DNA of 64,000 nucleotides from an uncultured Parachlamydiaceae bacterium (GTDB lineage Bacteria; Chlamydiota; Chlamydiia; Chlamydiales; Parachlamydiaceae): NCBI GenBank assembly GCA_963742415.1, contig CAVULX010000001.1, positions 1 to 64,000 of the forward strand, read 5' to 3'. Shown piece by piece: positions 58,149 to 64,000 of this stretch (position 1 is its first letter; each line of letters starts with the position of its first letter). The notes under the pieces were generated by a model. It saw only the letters and a program-made list of their open reading frames with translations, ran no database searches and was not told where the DNA came from. The position numbers and the translations under genes were made by a program.

Positions 58149-61100
58149 ATGCAACCTATTCAGCAGACTCGAACCCGAGAGCTTCTTTCTTTATTTAAGC
58201 AGCATGTCGATAAAAACAAGGCACTCACATCAAACTCTTTAAAAAAACAACTTAATACTATTTTCATTACTCCCCCTTGGAGCAACAAGACTTACCTTCG
58301 CTCCTCATTGAGGGGTCGTTTATCCTCTTGGCTTTGCTACCCTTTTGAAAAAAGGGTAGTCGCAGAAAAAACTTACAAAGCTTTTGGAGAGATGCTAACT
58401 ACTTTGAGCCTGTCTGAATTGCAATCTCTTGGAAACTTTGAACTAACTTTAGGAAAATTGTGTAGTGAATTACAAAATGAAGGGAAGCTTGAACTCCCCG
58501 AAAACTCCTCCCCCCTATTTTCATCTCCAGAGATAGACCTCCTGACTGATACGCAAGAAGCTCAAGCGGCCGAAAAAACTCGGCAACGTTTCGAATTGTC
58601 CCTTTTACGGCAAGAACCTCCCCCCTCCTCTGAAAATTTCCCTATCGAAACGACGGAATTTCAAAATTATTTCCGACTTGGAGACTCTTCATTGCAAGAT
58701 TCCTTTCAAACTCTAGAATCTCTAGCTACTCGATACCCCCATCATGCCCATTCAAGTTTTGAGGAACGATTGAAGCTTATAAAAGAAGCAACAGCTCACG
58801 AAAGGGCCATGCAAGAATCCCTGATGCCTCAAGACACCCCGCTTGAAGAAGAGGAGCGGCAAAAAAAATTATGTTCTTTGAGCGTTTCAATGGCTGAAAC
58901 TATTCAAGGGTTAAATGCAACTCAACCCAAAAAATTGCTTTTTTTCAGCTATGGCCGCCATAAACTTTCTTTGGAAGCCCTCTTTAGCAAGCTCTATTTA
59001 TTACCCAAAGAAGCCATCGAACTATTGCCGCAAGTGCTCCGAACAGCCATAGACAGCCGAACAATGCCCAACCCAAGTTCGATCGCTAAAGATATCGTCA
59101 CAAAGTTTTTTGAAGAGATACATCGGGAAGCTTCCCGTTTTAAAAAAGATGCCGGAAAAGAAGATTCCCCCTCCCCTTTCCCTTTTCCTAATATTTCCGC
59201 CCAAACATGGGCTTCTCTATTCGCAAACAATGAGCGGGAACTCCCTGATTTCCTATCTAAGATCCTTCCAGATGTATTTGAAAATTATTGCAGCCAAGCC
59301 ATGAAAGATGGGATCATCGGCAATACTTCCCATTTTTTCTCCAATCCAAAAATACGGCAAGTCATTGATTGGCTTGCGCACAATAGCAATTCATTTCTTA
59401 CAGATGAAGGGAGAAATCACCTGGCCAAAGATTTAGAGGAAAAAGCCTTCGAATTACTTGAGTCCCACCTTGCCAAGTACTTATCGAAATTTGAAGATCA
59501 TATTTTAGAAAATTTCAGGCATTCATCCCAAATCATCCCACCAGAATTGATCGAACTTGCTGGATTAGATTTTCTTTTGCTTTCAGGTCCCCTTTGGCTT
59601 GAATTTGAAAAACAGGCGGATGGAAATTTTTCACTGGCTATGTATTCGTTAGGTCGGGCTTTATCCCTGCATCCTAAAGATGAAGCCACAGGAATCCCCT
59701 ATTGCGCAAGTCGCATCCGCAACATCAAAGAGGAAAATATCACTCCTTATTTTTTCCAGACTTTGTTATCTCGCCATTTCGAACCCCTTTGGAATCCTCT
59801 AGCAGCTCCAAAAGTCCGTGACATTTATACAGGGCCTATTCAATCGCTTGGAGGTGAAATTGCCCCCAACCATGATGAAGATATGCTTGTCAAAGGAAGT
59901 TCGATCTCATCTGAAACTCAATTAGCCCTGCATTTGCTCCTAAAAAACCAAAATCCTGGCTTGCCCCGTCTTGACATCTACCTCGATCTTCTTTTGAATT
60001 ATTGCCGCCCTCTGCTTACTGGAACTGAACAGAACACTTAAAATCCCTGACGAAAATGGGTATCAAGCTTTACAGCTAGCTGTAAAAAAAATACGACAGG
60101 AATTAAATAGCTCAAAATACCTAGAAGGGTCTCAAGCACAAATCCAGGCGACATTGGATGAGGTTTCACAAGCTCTCTCAGACTATTGTGAAAGACATCC
60201 CCAATTTGGATTCGAGTCTATTGCACCCGCATTCCCTGCAGCCTCGTTGTCCCTTGCCTCCTTCCAAAAAATTGGGGTGAAATTGGAACATATCGAGCGG
60301 GCAAGAGATTTTGCCGCTTGGATTCTAGGAAATGAGGTGGGTGAATTCTTTGATCATCTTATAGCCCACTATAAAAATCTGTTGCCAAAATCAGACCCAT
60401 CCGAAAAGACCACTCAAAAGCCTGCTTCAAACACCTTTTCTTTTGCTACAGATGAACCAAGCACTTATCTTTCCCTCTATTTTGCAATTGCCAAAAAATT
60501 CATTAAATTAATTTTTATCGGACTTGGGATCTATCACGGAGGACTTTGGCATTTGCTGGATCTCCCTTTGATATTCTCGATTTTGCCCTATGTCCTCCCT
60601 CCCCAAATTCTCCAATGGTATAACCGCGTGATGAATGCAATCAAAATAGCGGTGGCAAAAGTTATTCTGCATGCTGTTTGGAAATATATCCTTCCCTTGA
60701 AAATGCGCGACGATCTTCTTGGCTTGTGGAATCAATGGAAAACGGAAGTGCATAATATCAAGAATACCCTCGAAAATAACGATGAACTTTCCGTTTCTTT
60801 AAATCCCTCCTTTTCAGTTAAGTCTCAAAAAAATGCTGAAAGCTTCTCCCCAACCACTTACCCATCTCTTGAGAATTCTAAAATTGAGAGTAAAGAACAA
60901 AGATCAAAAGATTCTGAAGTTAAAGAACCTCTCATCGCGCCCGCTCAAATTTTAGAAGAAGCCTCGAATACCCAGTTATCCTTTAGTTCATTAGAACTCA
61001 TTAAAACAATTTCCCATCAGCCTAAAACTAAAATTTCTTCCGATGAAGAAATTTTACCCGTTTTAGAAGGATGGCTAAAATTTTGCCAAAAATGCGATCC

Positions 61101-64000
61101 TACTCAGGCCATTTTCTTTTTAAGCCATCATTTAGTTTTATTAGAGACACCATCCACAAAGCAAGAAACCCAATGGGATCGAATAAACGATCCTCTAAAA
61201 CATGCTGAAATTCTGTCCGATCTCTCTTTACTTCTGGTAGACAAAATAAATGCCTCATCCCATTTACATTCCAATGCCTCGTATGTAGCTGCCATGTACA
61301 ATATACAAGCCATCATCTGGAAGCTGGCTCTTCGCTGCCCCGACTCAAAATTAAATAAGTTTTTGTTTCAGATCAATGCCTATCCTTTAGCTAGATGGTA
61401 TTGCGAATTCAACACAAAAATCTCAGACCCAATGTTAGAATCCCGCATTCAAACAATTTTGCAGTTTTTAATTCCTGACTTTGACCCTAACAATCCGCCT
61501 TCACCGGAAAAATTAATAGAGCTGGAAGAGAAATCGTTGTTTTGCTACGCCAAACAAGACAAAGGATTTCTTGGCATATTATCCAACCCTACTGTATTTT
61601 ACCCCTTGCCTATCTACATAGCGGCCAATGATGAGTATGGAATGCTTTCTAATGCGGAAAGAACCTATTTCAGGTTAATTCTGAGACAGGAAAAAAGTTT
61701 TGAAACTCTGATAAAGCTTGGATTTAGAAAATATGAGCCGACAATTCTTCAATTCATTTTCGGAAAAAATGTCTCTCATGAAATTGAAGTAGATTGTATC
61801 ATTGAAAGTTTGTACTTATTCTTTTTTCAAGAGTCTTTAGTTTTTACCCGTGAAAATCCCCTATTTCCTCGCTTTTTCAGCTTACTTAAGTTACATACCC
61901 TAGCATGTACTAGACTTGTTGACGGACCCCGACGCAATTTGGAATTACTTCAAATAAAAAAACAACCTCCACCTTTGTATCCTTCTCCTATTCCATCTTA
62001 TTTCCTCTTTTCAACAAAAATGCAAAAAGAAGCACTCGATTTGTCTCCTGATGCGCAATTAACTAATAAGAATATCTTGGCCCCCCTCGCAAAGTTACTC
62101 AATCACCAATTTTCATGGGCTTTCAAAAGAGTATTTTATTCTTCTTCAAACTTTTCCTCGCGCCAACGAACACAAACAGAGATCTATCAAAATGGAACTA
62201 AATCATTGATTGATACCGTAGAAACCGACTTGTATGAGTTAACCCTATGTGAACCCACAGAAAGAATCATACAACTTATCAATTATGTTAAAAAGCATTC
62301 CACGTATCTAATCGACTATAGGGCCAATTCTAAAGATTTGGTTAAATTGGATTTGATCGATGAACTGGAAAAGGCTTTATTTAATCCCGGTGCTTTGAAA
62401 AGTCTTATCACAAAATCCCCCCAAGCCCTCGAAACTCTAGATGAGTTTTTCCAAGAAATGATCGAAAAGGCCCTTACTCTTAAATGCTTTCAAATGGCTG
62501 TTGATTTATTATTATTAGATTTCAGAATTCGAAAATACACTTCTGCATGTATTCCAGGAAGTGAAAAAATTTACTTTAACTTTGAAGGAAAGTTGAAAAC
62601 CATTCAAGAGAAAGCCCCGAGAAAATTTCTTCCTTCTGCAATTCCGTTGCTTAAAGTATTAAATGTGGAAAAAAACCCTTCAAGCTGTTCCAAAAATGAG
62701 AAGTTATCCATTATTAAAACTTTTCTAATTGGAAGGCTAAATTGCTATTCAAGCCCCGTTGATATTCTTAGACTTCAAAGATATTTCTTTAAATTATGGA
62801 CAGAATGGCAACCGCTCATCCAGAATGCTTTGGAGAAACAAAAAAGCCGAAATCTCATTTTAAATGGTGTTTTGGAGGAACTTGGAATTAACCATGATGA
62901 ATCGGATTGGAGTCAGCTTTCAGAAAACATATTTAGAAATTCAGAAACCGTGATCGATCTTTTTGAAGGTACGGTGAATTGCAATAGTTCATTTTCAAAA
63001 CCTCTTGAATTTTTAAAAGCATCGTCAACTTTGAACAATATCCTAGGATCTGAACTTCAAACTTTGCAATATTCTAAGGATCAAGATGCCTATACATCAA
63101 GTGATCAGACATTTCAAGTCAAAAACATTCATAAGGATCCCCCGATTCGCAACCTGAAAATGGAACTTTATTTAAATAGAAAATTACATAAAGAATCACA
63201 TAAATTTAAACTCTACCGTTTAAGATCGGCAAAATTTGATCCCCATTTTATCCCCCCAAGTAGTCCAATTGCCAATTTCCTTAAGCACAAAACCTTCAAT
63301 GATTTGCTGTTTTGGGAAGAAATTCCTCAATTCAATCAAAGTCAGACATCCATCATCATCGAAAATAAGCACAATCCTAACTTTAAACTTATTGCTAGCG
63401 TTGTAAAGAAAAAAGAAAACACCCAAGATCAAGAAGTCTATGAACTTTCTTCCTTTACATTTGAGGAGGACTTTGTACCAATTAATAGACGACGACAAAA
63501 TGAAAAAAATGAAGGCTCTCAACGCGCTCCAGTAACTAAAAAAGCCTCCGAAATTTTTTTACCTGACGAGCCATTTTCTAAACCAATAATCCGTCCCAAA
63601 TCCAACAGCTGGCTCATTGCGTCTGTCGAACAAACTTTTTTTGACAATCTTAACGAAATCGAGTGTATTCCCCTCACATTTGTCTCTAGGGAACTCCAAG
63701 AAGAAGTTCAAAATTTCAAAGGGACCATCTCTTTTGAAGAAAGTATTCAAATCTCTCAAAACAGTCTTTTTTATGATGAATGCGAAGATTCAGCTTTGGG
63801 CTTATTATTTCCCCACTTTTCAAAAAGTATTGCTCAAACATCCCCCCACAACTATCATATATCCCCCCGCGACTATCAATGCAATAACATCAATTATTTT
63901 TACACAGCCCAATTTATTTCTATTGAAAGGCAGAATTCTAAATATGTGCTCCTACAAAAAAATGAAGGAACTTCTTATCGACTGGCTTCATATAAATTTG
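58149..64000 (+). CDS. Giant hypothetical protein (>1900 aa); frameshift near 60035; runs off the window
   Basis: A 630-aa ORF is followed by a frame from ~60031 (RTLKIPDENGYQAL...). No stop in the lines I read, and it is absent from the ORF track, as expected if it lacks a stop before 64000. Confidence 0.75.

Overview
The window has two parts. Bases 1-4473 are high-GC, Bradyrhizobium/alphaproteobacterial-looking DNA: a frameshift-riddled repetitive surface-protein gene and a caspase-family gene lacking its catalytic dyad. This joins abruptly at 4473/4474 to ~59.5 kb of AT-rich DNA with the gene content and order of an environmental chlamydia (rho-coaE-polA-sohB, aroDE fusion, mcsA-mcsB, rpsT with UPF0242, cysteine-rich outer-membrane barrel). 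The junction is most likely an assembly chimera. Best lead: two tandem ~2350-aa effector-like proteins whose N-terminal region aligns by eye, motif by motif, with eukaryotic TENT5/FAM46 non-canonical poly(A) polymerases, with GS and all three carboxylates kept in both paralogs. Other leads: a ThrL-like Thr-rich leader peptide before brnQ; an IS607 (tnpA+tnpB) inserted exactly at a GG inside a palindromic repeat, so its predicted guide partly matches the opposite arm; several nested palindromic repeats; a kdpFAC operon with a 13-codon scar where kdpB should be; a 32-bp-period palindrome array before an AAA-DUF4143 gene; tandem chemoreceptors; and a PEP-CTERM protein. All family calls come from motif recognition, with no database search. 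Frameshifts in essential genes are read as sequencing errors.
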